From assembly GCA_964563355.1 (NCBI GenBank), contig CAZLVU010000004.1, positions 17,733 to 81,732 of the forward strand: a stretch of DNA of 64,000 bases. The letters are read 5' to 3'. Both the position numbers and the translations under genes were made by a program. This stretch comes from an uncultured Candidatus Poseidoniales archaeon (lineage in GTDB: Archaea > Thermoplasmatota > Poseidoniia > Poseidoniales > Thalassarchaeaceae). The notes beneath the pieces were generated by a model. That model was not told the origin of the DNA, did not search any database, and saw only the letters and a list, made by a program, of their open reading frames with translations. Below, piece after piece: positions 20,576-30,507 of this stretch (position 1 is the first letter of the stretch; each line of letters opens with the position of its first letter).

Positions 20576-20633
20576 AGGACGGGTGTTTGCTGCCAACAAG
20601 CATCAAGAGCCTTCTTTTTCTAAGGGAAATGGG

Positions 20634-21395
20634 GTGAGGAGTCTGGTGTTGAGGATTACAGCAAAACAACAATTGATGAGGGAGATAGTGGACATCCTCT
20701 CAGTTCTTACCGATGAGGCCAAACTTGTATGGGGGGAGAAAGGACTTGGGATTGACGTGGTCGATGGCTCCCATGTTGCCCTACTTTCAGCTACAGTAGC
20801 TGACGAATGTTTTGAGACCTACGAGGTCGAGCCAGTTGAAATCGGACTGGAACTGGGGAAGATGAGGGATCTGCTAACATTGGCCGGACCGAACGACCTA
20901 GTAGAGATGGATTACGACGAGGCGGTTGGAGCAATCAACGTGAGGGTCGGTGAGGTCCACAGAATCTTGAGGGGGATAGACACGAACGCCATGGATAATC
21001 CCAACCTACCGCAGCTTGACTTCCAGACTAGGGCAACGATAGATTCGGAGAAACTATCCCGAGCACTTAGAGCGGCCAAGTTCGTAGGGGAGCTAGTTGA
21101 TTTAAGCATGGATCGAAACCAATTGACGGTCTCAGTTACCGTAGAGGCCGGAGAGGGTGTAAACGTCAAGTTTGAGTCGGGTGAGCTCAGTGAGCTGACC
21201 TGCTCCTCCCCTGCAAACTCAACATACTCCCTACAGTTCTTGGACCCCTTGACAAGGAAGCTAGCTGGGGGGCTGACTAACGAAGTCACGCTAGAATTCC
21301 AAGACAAGTATCCGCTTAGACTGACATGGCTGAGCAATGACGGCGGGGCGAAATGGACATACTTCCTAGCGCCTAGAGTCATGAATGACCCGTGA
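20634..21395 (+). CDS. pcn: DNA polymerase sliding clamp PCNA
   Basis: The N-terminal region RITAKQQLMREIVDILSVLTDEAKLVWGEKGLGI aligns with the PCNA N-terminus. About 250 aa. The start is proposed at GTG 20634, just after the TFS stop; the alternative ATG at 20676 would truncate the first strand/helix. Confidence 0.75.
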   Translation: MRSLVLRITAKQQLMREIVDILSVLTDEAKLVWGEKGLGIDVVDGSHVALLSATVADECFETYEVEPVEIGLELGKMRDLLTLAGPNDLVEMDYDEAVGAINVRVGEVHRILRGIDTNAMDNPNLPQLDFQTRATIDSEKLSRALRAAKFVGELVDLSMDRNQLTVSVTVEAGEGVNVKFESGELSELTCSSPANSTYSLQFLDPLTRKLAGGLTNEVTLEFQDKYPLRLTWLSNDGGAKWTYFLAPRVMNDP

Positions 21396-21429
21396 ACTCA
21401 TCAATGAGTCCCCATTAGGCGATTCTGAG

Positions 21430-22518
21430 ATGGTTGCCAGAGTATGCGTGATTGTTCCAACCATTAACAATCCGGAAGAGCTGGGAGATGCCTTGGACGG
21501 GTTAATCCAACAGACCCACTTAGGAGTCGAAGTGGTGGTTGTTGGCCCGATGGAGGATCCTGGACGAGAAGTTGCGGAATCCAGAGGAGTTCGTTTCTTG
21601 GATGACAAGGGCTCGAAAACCAGGGCGGACGCGTGCAACGTTGCCATCGAGGCGACCGAATCCGATCTTGTGCTTTTCACTGATGACGACGTGTTCGTCC
21701 CCCCGGACTGGGTGGGAAATCTAGCCAGGTGGTTCGAACGCAGCGAAGTCGCGGGGGTTGGTGGTCCCAACTTCGCCCCCGTAGAGTCCTCAAGCCTGTG
21801 GAAGAGGGTCATCGATGTTTCCTTCTGCAATCGTTTCCTCACAGCGGGAACGAATTACGGGAAACGGGCAGTCGGAGAACTGGATGAGGTCGATCAACTC
21901 CCGGGAGTCAATGCTGCTTACAGAAGGAGCGTCCTGGAAGAAGTGGGGGGTTTCGACACTGGAGCCATAGGGGCGGAGGACGTGATGCTGGACCATAGAA
22001 TTCGGATGGCCGGACACAGGCTATGGTCGGACGGGAGTGCGGTTATTTGGCATCGCAGGAGAGGGATTGGGCGAGTCAAGAGGCAAATCAGGAACTACGG
22101 CCTAGTGAGGACCCTTGCTAGCAGGAAATACCCGAGCCTATGGGGGTGGAGTCATGCTCTGGTTTCGACGTTTCCTCTGATTGTGGCGTTATCCCTCACA
22201 CTTTTCACCTGGGGCGCCATTAACGGTGGGCTCGCTTGGCCGGAATTCTGGGATATATCGAAGGAAGCAGTTCCGATGGGAATTGAGAGAGCAGCCGTCC
22301 ATCAGCTTCCCACTCTTGCGATTTTGTACAACCTGATTGCCTGGTCAGGAGCAGCATTGGGAAGTTCCCCGAGTAAAAGTGCGTTGACTGTGACGCTCTC
22401 TTCGATTGTTTCATTCATTCTGCATTGGAACTATGGAATGGGTGTTTTGCAGGGTAGGTGGAGGATCTTTTCCGGACGCTCGGGATTCCAAATTGACGAC
22501 CGGGAGAGGGCGGACTAG
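21430..22518 (+). CDS. Family 2 glycosyltransferase with a C-terminal membrane domain
   Basis: VCVIVPTINNPEEL, then a DxD-like LFTDDDVFVPPDW. C-terminal hydrophobic helices follow. An alternative ATG start at 21385 overlaps the PCNA gene. Confidence 0.75.
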   Translation: MVARVCVIVPTINNPEELGDALDGLIQQTHLGVEVVVVGPMEDPGREVAESRGVRFLDDKGSKTRADACNVAIEATESDLVLFTDDDVFVPPDWVGNLARWFERSEVAGVGGPNFAPVESSSLWKRVIDVSFCNRFLTAGTNYGKRAVGELDEVDQLPGVNAAYRRSVLEEVGGFDTGAIGAEDVMLDHRIRMAGHRLWSDGSAVIWHRRRGIGRVKRQIRNYGLVRTLASRKYPSLWGWSHALVSTFPLIVALSLTLFTWGAINGGLAWPEFWDISKEAVPMGIERAAVHQLPTLAILYNLIAWSGAALGSSPSKSALTVTLSSIVSFILHWNYGMGVLQGRWRIFSGRSGFQIDDRERAD

Positions 22519-22702
22519 TATTCGGATCTTTCTTGGACCATTGCGCCGTCTCGTTTGAGCCAACTTGGCTGAATTGGCCGCCAGAAAATTATCGTCATAA
22601 CGCCGAAGAAGGCCCCTCCGAACAAGACTGACCTGTTGTTGGACCCAACCAATACTGAACCGGGTTCAACTGAAACCCAAGAAGCCTCAGATGGCTCCAA
22701 GA

Positions 22703-24598
22703 TCAAGCCTCCGAAGAGTCAAGCTCCCCGGTTTGTATGGACCATTGTGAAGCGTAAACGTTGTTATTGCCTAGCAAATCAAGATGCGTTCCCCTTTCCA
22801 CGATTGATCCATCAACCATTGCAATAATCTCGTCAGCATTTCTGATGGTCGCTAGCCTATGAGCTACTGCTATCGTAATCCTCTTCTTGCTACCGTTGGA
22901 GCCCCCGAACAGAGATTCTTGGATCCTCTTCTCGGTCTCTGCGTCAAGTGCGGCACTCGCCTCATCGAGTATCAGTAGATCCGGATCATTGAGTAGGGCT
23001 CGTGCTAAGCTGATCCTAGCTCTCTGGCCCCCTGATAGCATGATGCCCCTGTCGCCGACCATCGTATCGATTCCATCGGACATCTGTGACACGAATTCCC
23101 AGGCTCCTGCCGCCTCTAAGGCACTGTGAATCTGTTCATCCGATGAATCGCGAGCATATGCGACATTGTCCCTGACCGTTCCAAAGAACAGGAAGGGGTC
23201 CTGAGAGACAAATCCCACGCGTGACCTGACTGACTCTATCTGGAAATCGTTGATGTCCTGGCCGTTAATCATGACACTACCGTTCTGGGGTTCGTAGAAC
23301 CTCTCCACCAGCTTCAGGATTGTGCTCTTACCCGCCCCAGTGTGACCCATGACGCCGAGGAAATCTCCGGAAGAGGCGGAGAAGGATATCTCATTCAACA
23401 CATTAGCTCCTGAAGTCGGATAGGCAAAGGACACTCCTTCGAATTGAATAGAGATTATTGGCCCCTCCAATGGCATTGCCCCCTCTTTGTCAAAGATTGA
23501 TGGTTCGAGATCTATGATTGCGAAGACGCGTTTTGATGCGGCCTCGCCGCGCTGTAGTTGGTTGAGAAGGATTCCCAGAATGAACATGGGCATGGTCATC
23601 CTCGTAGAAATCAGTAGGAAAGTGACGAATTGGCCGACTGTAATATCACCGGACTCCATGACCCAACCACCTGCTGACACAAGGAGGCCGAATGAAATCC
23701 CAGCCACAACGTAAATCCCAGGAATAAAACGATTCCTCACGAAGGCTGCTTGTATTGCCTGATCCCTGTAGTCTCCGCTCTGGCCCTCGATCCTAGAGCC
23801 TTCGAACCCGGTGGCGTTGTAGGCCTGGACCACGGTAATGCCAGAGAGGACGTTCTCGAGTATTGCAACTATCCCTCCCGTGCTCTCCCTCTGTTTCCTG
23901 TACTTTCTCTGAACTCTTGTCGAAAACCAGACGACCATGGGGATAATTAGGACAAGTGGGATGAAGAGGATCAAGGCCAGTGTTGGTGACATCCAGAACA
24001 TTATTGCGAACGCAGTAGCGAACGTTGTAATGATTCGAATCATGCTTGTACTTGCGTCGGAGATGATATCCTCTAGTTGGGCAACGTCTGCAGATAGAAC
24101 AGACATTAGATTCCCAGACTGCCTACTCTCGAAGTAAGAGGCTTCCATAGACATTAGTGAATGAGTTGCGTCCATCCTGATGTCATGCTGGGCCTTGTAG
24201 GCGGTTGACTGCCAGAGTTGATTGCTAAGCCCCTGGAAAACAGCAAGAATCGTGAATGAAATCAGGATGAGTAGGCCGAATCCTAGTTCGATTGAGTTGA
24301 TCGGTCCGAGAGAAGGGAGAGCCTCGGAATTCACGAAGTTCTGGATGGCAGAGCTTGTGAATGTCTTGGATTGGTAGTAGTCCGCTGCCATACCAATCGC
24401 GATGAATGGGATTAGGTCGAATGCTCTGGCACCGACGTTCGCCAGGATCCCACCTAGGGCTTGCTTCCAATAACGTGTGACATAAGGTACAATCCGCCAA
24501 ATCTTCTTGCCGACCACCTGTCTGTCATCTAATTGATCAGAGTCATCTTTACTGATCGAGGTCACAGCAGAGGGCTCAACCTTCTCCGTTGCTGACAC
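22703..24598 (-). CDS. ABC transporter, fused permease/ATPase (exporter type)
   Basis: Six-TM N-terminal domain, Walker A GHTGAGKST, ABC signature LSGGQRARISLARALL, Walker B LILDEASAALD. Confidence 0.9.
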   Translation of the reverse strand: MSATEKVEPSAVTSISKDDSDQLDDRQVVGKKIWRIVPYVTRYWKQALGGILANVGARAFDLIPFIAIGMAADYYQSKTFTSSAIQNFVNSEALPSLGPINSIELGFGLLILISFTILAVFQGLSNQLWQSTAYKAQHDIRMDATHSLMSMEASYFESRQSGNLMSVLSADVAQLEDIISDASTSMIRIITTFATAFAIMFWMSPTLALILFIPLVLIIPMVVWFSTRVQRKYRKQRESTGGIVAILENVLSGITVVQAYNATGFEGSRIEGQSGDYRDQAIQAAFVRNRFIPGIYVVAGISFGLLVSAGGWVMESGDITVGQFVTFLLISTRMTMPMFILGILLNQLQRGEAASKRVFAIIDLEPSIFDKEGAMPLEGPIISIQFEGVSFAYPTSGANVLNEISFSASSGDFLGVMGHTGAGKSTILKLVERFYEPQNGSVMINGQDINDFQIESVRSRVGFVSQDPFLFFGTVRDNVAYARDSSDEQIHSALEAAGAWEFVSQMSDGIDTMVGDRGIMLSGGQRARISLARALLNDPDLLILDEASAALDAETEKRIQESLFGGSNGSKKRITIAVAHRLATIRNADEIIAMVDGSIVERGTHLDLLGNNNVYASQWSIQTGELDSSEA

Positions 24599-24668
24599 AG
24601 AGCCTCGTGCAGCATTTGGTGTTTCAATGCTTCACTCTTTTCGCTGTGTCCAAATTCCAAATCGGGTT

Positions 24669-24742
24669 ATGGTGCGCCGGCCGGGATTTGAACCCGGGCC
24701 ATGAGCTTGGAAGGCTCAGATGCTACCCCTACATCACCGACG
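24669..24742 (-). tRNA. tRNA-Gly (anticodon UCC), CCA encoded
   Basis: Cloverleaf folded by hand on the minus strand. Acceptor GCGTCGG/CCGGCGC with one G-U pair; D-stem ATGT/GCAT; anticodon stem TGAGC/GCTCA with loop CTTCCAA (anticodon TCC); T-arm CCGGG-TTCAAAT-CCCGG; discriminator A plus CCA. Coordinates are good to about 1 nt. Confidence 0.85.
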
Positions 24743-25013
24743 CTGGGACATTCGAGCCAAGATTGCCTCTAAACCGATTCGGTCCTAATGGATTTCAATA
24801 GTGAGTACCTGTAGCGTATGCTGTGAAATTGAGGCAGAGACTTGGATTTGTCGTGATGATATTGTTTTTGCCCATCAATGGCCCTCTGTGGAGGATGGGG
24901 ATGGAAGCACTTGGTAGGCCGATTCCATTTGGGGATCTGCACTTCTTTGGCGTCTCAGTATTTCTATTCATAATTGGCGCGGTGATGGCCTTGACACCAG
25001 AAATTAGCTTTGG

Positions 25014-25898
25014 TTATGGGAGGTAGAGTTCTTCTGGCCACGCCTCATGGACATTGTAGAGCAGTTTCTCGATCTCGGATTCGTCCCAATCGCTTGAGAT
25101 TAATGATGAGCACAGTTCTTGGGTCCTCCTAGGAACTGTCTTTGGTCCGAGAACCGCTCCCGGTCTAGTGGGGTCGTCTAGGTAGTCAGTCTCCATCCCC
25201 CACGGAGCGCTGGCCCTTCTGGCAGAGTCAAGCAGTGCCTCCACACTACCCCTGCCAACACTAACTGTCGCAGAAAGTCCTTGGGTGAATTCGGCGCTAA
25301 CGTCTGGGGGGGCATAGTGCCTAATTGCTCGTCTTTGAGAGAGTCCCGACTTCACGCAATGATTGCTAAGTTCGCTGCAAGTTCTAGCCCCGTTTTCCTC
25401 TACATGAAGTTGGACTGATGTCCCAGCTGTCGAGGCGAGTGCCATCACCTCGACCAGAATTTCGTTAGCCGTTGTCCAAGTTTGTTCGTCGACTGGGTAG
25501 TGTGGACGGCCGACCTCTCCCAAACAATTTGCTGCCCCGTCCTCGATGTAATCAAGTGCCAAGCCAACAGCTTCGAGGTGAAGTTCTGTGGACCTGTCCA
25601 TGCCCAATGATTGGATCTGCTTTTCCCAGGCTACCGGATGAGGTCCAAGAACAACCCCCACATCGATGTCAAAGCGAATTCTCACATCCTCAGCCATCTT
25701 GAGTGTTTCAGAGTAAGCAACCCTGTAACCTTCTAGGTCAGTTGGAAGGTTTCTGGAGAACCCGGGCTTGTGGACGAGCATGATTCCGGTTCCACCACTA
25801 TGAACAAAATCTGAGACTGCGCCTAGGAACTTGTAATTCCGATCCAGGTGCATGTGCTGGTCGACAATCGGTCCCTTCCATACTCCCTCGTCGAGCAT
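25014..25898 (-). CDS. TatD-like / amidohydrolase-superfamily metal-dependent hydrolase
   Basis: GPIVDQHMHLD (HxH...D metal-binding start of the TIM-barrel hydrolases). Start trimmed to MLDEG by ORF-track arithmetic. The longest ORF overlaps the upstream gene. Confidence 0.6.
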   Translation of the reverse strand: MLDEGVWKGPIVDQHMHLDRNYKFLGAVSDFVHSGGTGIMLVHKPGFSRNLPTDLEGYRVAYSETLKMAEDVRIRFDIDVGVVLGPHPVAWEKQIQSLGMDRSTELHLEAVGLALDYIEDGAANCLGEVGRPHYPVDEQTWTTANEILVEVMALASTAGTSVQLHVEENGARTCSELSNHCVKSGLSQRRAIRHYAPPDVSAEFTQGLSATVSVGRGSVEALLDSARRASAPWGMETDYLDDPTRPGAVLGPKTVPRRTQELCSSLISSDWDESEIEKLLYNVHEAWPEELYLP

Positions 25899-25902
25899 GT
25901 TC

Positions 25903-26430
25903 TCACGCAAGTGCGCCTTCTTGCTCGAGTAGGGAGAACCAGTGAGAGGCTGCCATCTCTGCAACTCTCTTAGAAGACTGGCCCAATACAATCCCTCTCC
26001 CGTTATTGAATAGGAGCACCGTGCACTTGTGACGTTTCGCATCTATTCTAAGAGCATCGATTCTCTCGTCGTGTTCGGCATCTGAGAATCTGCTGGCTGC
26101 TAGTCCTATCAGTACCGCTCTCCCCAATGAGAAGCTGGCCAGCAACTCGCCCCTCTCAATTACCAAACCAGTCTCTGACAAACCCAGTCGAAGTAGGACT
26201 TCTTCTGCGATCAGCTTGGCTGCTTCGGCGTTTGAAATCCCGTGTACAAGTAGAGCCCCATCAGGATCTATGACCACCATGGACCGAGGATTCTGGTGCT
26301 CTATTACAGCGTAGGCCCCGTTGCTACTTCCCCCTCCAAGCCTAACGGCATCCACTATGGAGACAGGGGAGCTGGGGGTCACCCTGAACGATTGTGTCTC
26401 AATCTTGATTTCCGGTTTCCCTTGTGTCAT
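25903..26430 (-). CDS. Hypothetical protein with two internal repeats resembling the TBP fold (divergent TBP-like)
   Basis: 175 aa, about the size of archaeal TBP. Both halves follow the pattern hydrophobic-I-E-x5-V ... P+x2-hLLF/VxxGxxVhxG-x-S-x5-A-x6-L-x2-G. Examples are SMVVIDPDGALLVHGISNAEAAKLIAEEVLLRLG and HKCTVLLFNNGRGIVLGQSSKRVAEMAASHWFSLLEQEG. Confidence 0.4.
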   Translation of the reverse strand: MTQGKPEIKIETQSFRVTPSSPVSIVDAVRLGGGSSNGAYAVIEHQNPRSMVVIDPDGALLVHGISNAEAAKLIAEEVLLRLGLSETGLVIERGELLASFSLGRAVLIGLAASRFSDAEHDERIDALRIDAKRHKCTVLLFNNGRGIVLGQSSKRVAEMAASHWFSLLEQEGALA

Positions 26431-27221
26431 CCTTCTGCCTCCACTCCCTCTGGTTCGATATGTGATTCTAAGCAGGCCCTGAGCGCGGGCAAATGTGCTT
26501 GTTGAATTGGTGCCAACAGTTTCGGCCCCGAGGCTTCGCTTTCATCAATCCTGCTGTCGCGCAGATTGGCCAAGGCCCCTCTTAGGCGGGCAGCGAGGCG
26601 CTGGTCTCGCTCAGCGACAAGCTCTGGAGTCAGCGCGGACCCTTCTTCTAGCCACCATGCTGCACACACAGTAGCCGCGGCACCCAAGTCTGCATCTACG
26701 CATCTTGAAGAGCCTACTTTGGGAATTGCTGCCCTACGTGCCTTTGCCCACCTCTTCGACCGACCGATTGTCGCGATGAGGTTTGTGAGTCGGACTTGTT
26801 GATCGGCACATCTAGCAAGCCAGTCGGCCCAATTTTCGTCGTCCAATTCGGGTTCAATTGAATATACTGGCATCCCCCCTCTGGAGTTCTCAGCATGGTG
26901 CAGAAGCCTGATTGGTTCGGGATCGGGGATTGCCGGCCCCTCGAGATCCAAATCCTGCAGATCCTTGACCAACATTCCCAAAGTGGTTCCCGAAGCCGCG
27001 GCGGATTCGGTGTGAACACCATGGCTTTGCTGGTCTTGGATTTCCTCCTCCCTGATTGCATCCAGGCCGTCCCTGGACAGAATGAGGGCCAACCCGTCCC
27101 AGTCACGCGGCCTCATTTGGGCCGGCATTCGGACGCATGGCAGATACGGCCAAAGGATGATGGTTCCGCCCTCTGGATCTTGGAAAACTGATGGGTCCCA
27201 GCTCAATTCTGGAATGCTCAC
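26427..27221 (-). CDS. Hypothetical protein (264 aa)
   Basis: ORF with ordinary composition that overlaps the downstream gene by 4 nt, suggesting an operon. No motif recognised. Confidence 0.4.
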   Translation of the reverse strand: MSIPELSWDPSVFQDPEGGTIILWPYLPCVRMPAQMRPRDWDGLALILSRDGLDAIREEEIQDQQSHGVHTESAAASGTTLGMLVKDLQDLDLEGPAIPDPEPIRLLHHAENSRGGMPVYSIEPELDDENWADWLARCADQQVRLTNLIATIGRSKRWAKARRAAIPKVGSSRCVDADLGAAATVCAAWWLEEGSALTPELVAERDQRLAARLRGALANLRDSRIDESEASGPKLLAPIQQAHLPALRACLESHIEPEGVEAEG

Positions 27222-27326
27222 GCCACACCGAGTCGTTGTCCCCGGTTCAATTCAACGGTGAAACGGCTCCAGAATGGCGCTAATCGGTGTAGGATTCAAG
27301 GAGGATGGTGGGGGCCATATGTATTG

Positions 27327-27782
27327 ATGGCGGTTGAAGGTCCTTTCTCGGCCGAGCCACTAGTGCTTCTGAACGAGGTTTTTCCCGGTGACACGAATGC
27401 CATGAATACCCTATTCGGGGGTCGGCTGATGTCGATAATGGATACCGCTGCTGGGATGTCGGCATCGAAATTTGCTCACAGGGAATTCGTTACGGTCTCA
27501 GTTGACGCTTTGAAATTCAAGAGGCCGGCTTTCCAAGGTGATGTAATCAGAACCACTGCCAGGATTGTCTGGACATCACCTAGGACTGCAGGGATTCATG
27601 TTTCTTCGTCCAGACTTTCAAGATCTGAGTGGGTTGATCAGGAGATTTGTTCTGGTTTCTTTTTTATGGTGGCCGTCGACGAATCGATGAATCCAGTTGA
27701 GATTCCTCAGTTTGAGCCTCAAACCGATGAGGAACGGAGTTTGTGGGAACGAGCAAAAACTGCCCGTGATGCAATGAAATGA
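27327..27782 (+). CDS. Acyl-CoA thioesterase (hotdog fold, YciA-like)
   Basis: LVLLNEVFPGDTNAMNTLFGGRLMSIMDTAAGMSASKFAHREFVTVSVDALKFKRPAFQGDVI matches the YciA-type thioesterase core. Confidence 0.75.
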   Translation: MAVEGPFSAEPLVLLNEVFPGDTNAMNTLFGGRLMSIMDTAAGMSASKFAHREFVTVSVDALKFKRPAFQGDVIRTTARIVWTSPRTAGIHVSSSRLSRSEWVDQEICSGFFFMVAVDESMNPVEIPQFEPQTDEERSLWERAKTARDAMK

Positions 27783-27890
27783 CTTGGGAAAATTGCTAAT
27801 CGGTGAAATAATTACTATGTCCAAGTTATGGCCATGAGCAGTTTGGGCTCCCATGCACTTATACCCTAGTCGAGCGGCTCCGGCCTCGGG

Positions 27891-29543
27891 ATGTACTTAG
27901 CCGGGCCTAAAGGCCCGACGGAGAAGAAGAATGCTGAGTTAATTGGCGGACTCTACTTAGTCGGGACAAGAGGGAAGTATTGCGCGGTCCTAACAGAGCG
28001 GCAGCTGACCATAGAAAGGTTCGATGGGAAGGGAGTCAGAATTGACCTTGCTGCAATAGACAGAATGAGGCACCTCAAAGTCCCAATGCTGCCCTCTGGG
28101 ACGCTATTTCTTGGGGCGATTGCAATCTATCTTGGCATCACAACCATTGTTTCTCCTTGGAATTGGCTAGCTACTTTCATGGGAGCTGGGGCCGTCCTCG
28201 CCAACGTTCTCTCCAGATATTCCATTCTCGCGATTGAAACTGGATCGGGAGATAGGCATCTCATCTCAGGAGATGAGGGGAATCTGCTAAAACTTTGCTT
28301 GATGGTAGATAGGGTTAGACATGGGAGCACTATCGATGAAGCCCTGTTTGGCCTGGAAAATCTGGAGACTGAGCTTCCTGCCTTCCCGGCCCTTAGGGAT
28401 GCAAAAGGCCTGCTAAACGCTCCGTTAGAATTTGACGCTCCGAACGAGGAGTCGGGTGAGGACAATCAAACTCAGTTTGCTTTTCACGGAAATGTGTTCG
28501 GGGAAGGAGATGAGGCAGCAGAGTCGGCATATCGATCCGAAATTGAAACCGAAATTCCGAGTCAGGTGCCTGATTTTGAGCACGTACAGTCAGATGCAGA
28601 CGTGGAGGATGCCCCATTGGCTGGAGTGAATGCATACGAGAGAGCGTGGGGGGGCAGGAAATCGCCTTCGTGGTATATGGAGAAGGACATTCAACTTGGT
28701 AGTGAAAGTAGGATGGACACGGCACTTTCAGATGCAACAGAAGGACTGGATCTATTTTCACAAGGTGGACTGTTCGATGTCGAATATCCTACAGAAGATT
28801 TGGATAGAGGAGATTCGCCCTCCGAATTTGGATTAGGGCAAATTGGAGGGAATTCTGAACCGCCTGAACGAAAACCCTCTAGTGCTCAGATGATCAAGAT
28901 GGCGCACACCAGATTCGGATCTCCCGATCATCAGTTCACGAGCCCGATGCTCCCCCCTCCAACGGAAGAGGCTGTGCGCCAGGAATGCAAGGCTGGAGTG
29001 GTCCGAGAAGCAAAGGCGAGGCAGCAACTTCGGCTAAGTGAATCCACTGATAGTATGAGGAAAACAGCAAATCTGGAGGAATACCCTGCATTGAATAGGT
29101 TGGCTTCCAGCATGGGAGCAAACAGGATTTCACTAAGGGGGGGGAGGCATAAGAGCTTGTCCTCTGGGTGGATTACCAGACTATTGAGGCCGAGTAGTGG
29201 GGTGCCCCAGTCCTATGAATCTAGGAAAGATGAAAGATTTGGGAGGCAGGAGAAGCTGCCCAAGTTCCAGAAACGATTGCAGTCATCTCAACACATGAGG
29301 CTCAGGAGTGATCAAGACCATCAGGCAGAGGTTGGTTCTAGGGTTAGGCAGATTCAGGGAAACAATGGAAGCTCCTCAGCCAAGGACGTATTGGATTCCT
29401 TGGTCACAAGGCTTTCCAGAGGGGAAGAGCCAGCTCCAAGGATTTTAGATTCACCCCCGGATTCTCTTAGATTCAATCAACTGAAACCTACCTCATCCAG
29501 CGAAGATCCGCACCCACTACCAGGTTTGCGGAGACTGGGATGA
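27891..29543 (+). CDS. Hypothetical protein: N-terminal small domain with two TM helices, then a roughly 380-aa low-complexity tail (acidic first, basic later)
   Basis: 550-aa ORF. The N-terminus (to about aa 150) is ordered and includes hydrophobic helices (LFLGAIAIYLGITTIV, FMGAGAVLANVL). The remainder is rich in S, E, D, R and Q. Confidence 0.45.
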   Translation: MYLAGPKGPTEKKNAELIGGLYLVGTRGKYCAVLTERQLTIERFDGKGVRIDLAAIDRMRHLKVPMLPSGTLFLGAIAIYLGITTIVSPWNWLATFMGAGAVLANVLSRYSILAIETGSGDRHLISGDEGNLLKLCLMVDRVRHGSTIDEALFGLENLETELPAFPALRDAKGLLNAPLEFDAPNEESGEDNQTQFAFHGNVFGEGDEAAESAYRSEIETEIPSQVPDFEHVQSDADVEDAPLAGVNAYERAWGGRKSPSWYMEKDIQLGSESRMDTALSDATEGLDLFSQGGLFDVEYPTEDLDRGDSPSEFGLGQIGGNSEPPERKPSSAQMIKMAHTRFGSPDHQFTSPMLPPPTEEAVRQECKAGVVREAKARQQLRLSESTDSMRKTANLEEYPALNRLASSMGANRISLRGGRHKSLSSGWITRLLRPSSGVPQSYESRKDERFGRQEKLPKFQKRLQSSQHMRLRSDQDHQAEVGSRVRQIQGNNGSSSAKDVLDSLVTRLSRGEEPAPRILDSPPDSLRFNQLKPTSSSEDPHPLPGLRRLG

Positions 29544-30506
29544 TTACAGCCCGACCATCCTGCGATATCTATCCAGTCTCGCGTGGTACATCCCCCTCTC
29601 TAGACCTTGAAGCTTTGATGGCCCCAAGCCCCCTATGGTGAATGAAGAGGTTACCACGGCGTGCACCATGGCGAGTCTCATCGCCTCAAGATCGTTCAAT
29701 ATGCCTGCCCCCCCAGTGATGTTTGCCAACATTGCACCTGCGAACGAGTCGCCACATCCTGTTGGGTCCACAATTTCATCAGTTGGGAATGCCGGGAGGA
29801 CGATGGTCCCGCAAGGAAGCTGGGCCATAACCCCACTAGATCCTCGTTTGACAACCAATGCCCTAGGGCCTTTGCCAGCAGACTCCCCGCCAAACAACGC
29901 AGAGCCGGACATGATCGGTTTCAAGGCCCTGATGAAAACTTGTTCTCCCGAGATAGCACATACCTCTTCCTCGTTGAGAATTGCTATGTCGGCCTTTCTT
30001 AGCGCATGAGACAATTGCTCGAACTCCGTCTCGATCCAAAGCATGAATGTATCAACGGCAGATATCTCTGCGTTCGGACATTGATCAAAGACTGAGATCT
30101 GAGAGGCTGGATGAGTATTTGCGCAGAAGAGCACCTTTGGAGAGGTCCACTGGCTTGGAATCTGTGGGTCAAAGTCTCCGAGAACGTTTACCTCCGTGGA
30201 GATGGTCTCCACATTCTCCATCGTGCCTTCGTATCTGCCCGACCAACGAAACGTCTTTCCACGGAGCGTGGCGACGCCAGAAAAATCCAGACCCAGTCCC
30301 TCCAACGTCTTTTTATCGGACTCTGAAAAGTCATCGCCCACCGGAGCTACTAGGCCAACCCTAGGGCCTCCTCCTGGAATCTGGGGCAAATGGAAAGAGG
30401 CGGAAACGCCGGCATGAACAGCAGAACCTCCGAGAATGTCGGAGCCACTGGCAGCTGTAGTTTCGATATCGTCATATCCTATGCTTCCAATGACTAACAT
30501 ATCCAT
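29544..30506 (-). CDS. PfkB-family carbohydrate/nucleoside kinase (ribokinase-like)
   Basis: C-terminal DPTGCGDSFAGAMLA (anion-hole/catalytic Asp motif of the ribokinase family) and N-terminal MLVIGSIGYDDI. Start trimmed to MDMLVIG. Confidence 0.8.
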   Translation of the reverse strand: MDMLVIGSIGYDDIETTAASGSDILGGSAVHAGVSASFHLPQIPGGGPRVGLVAPVGDDFSESDKKTLEGLGLDFSGVATLRGKTFRWSGRYEGTMENVETISTEVNVLGDFDPQIPSQWTSPKVLFCANTHPASQISVFDQCPNAEISAVDTFMLWIETEFEQLSHALRKADIAILNEEEVCAISGEQVFIRALKPIMSGSALFGGESAGKGPRALVVKRGSSGVMAQLPCGTIVLPAFPTDEIVDPTGCGDSFAGAMLANITGGAGILNDLEAMRLAMVHAVVTSSFTIGGLGPSKLQGLERGMYHARLDRYRRMVGL

Positions 30507-30507
30507 C

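Noticed and set aside
22515-22706. 63-aa ORF between the glycosyltransferase and the ABC exporter.
   Set aside because: It has no motif and overlaps both neighbours' termini. It is probably a non-coding convergent-terminator region.
24823-25026. 67-aa hydrophobic ORF between tRNA-Gly and the TatD-like gene.
   Set aside because: No RBS or conserved motif is apparent. It could be a small membrane protein, but the evidence is insufficient.
25890-25925. Apparent 1-nt inconsistency near 25918-25922 between my hand translation of the printed sequence (cttctttgc gives a stop in frame) and the ORF-track protein (..SSKKAHLREN..).
   Set aside because: Most likely a counting or perception error on my side. 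The ORF-track arithmetic is self-consistent at both ends, so I used it for coordinates. If the discrepancy is real, it would indicate a frameshift in the TatD-like gene and should be checked against the raw sequence.
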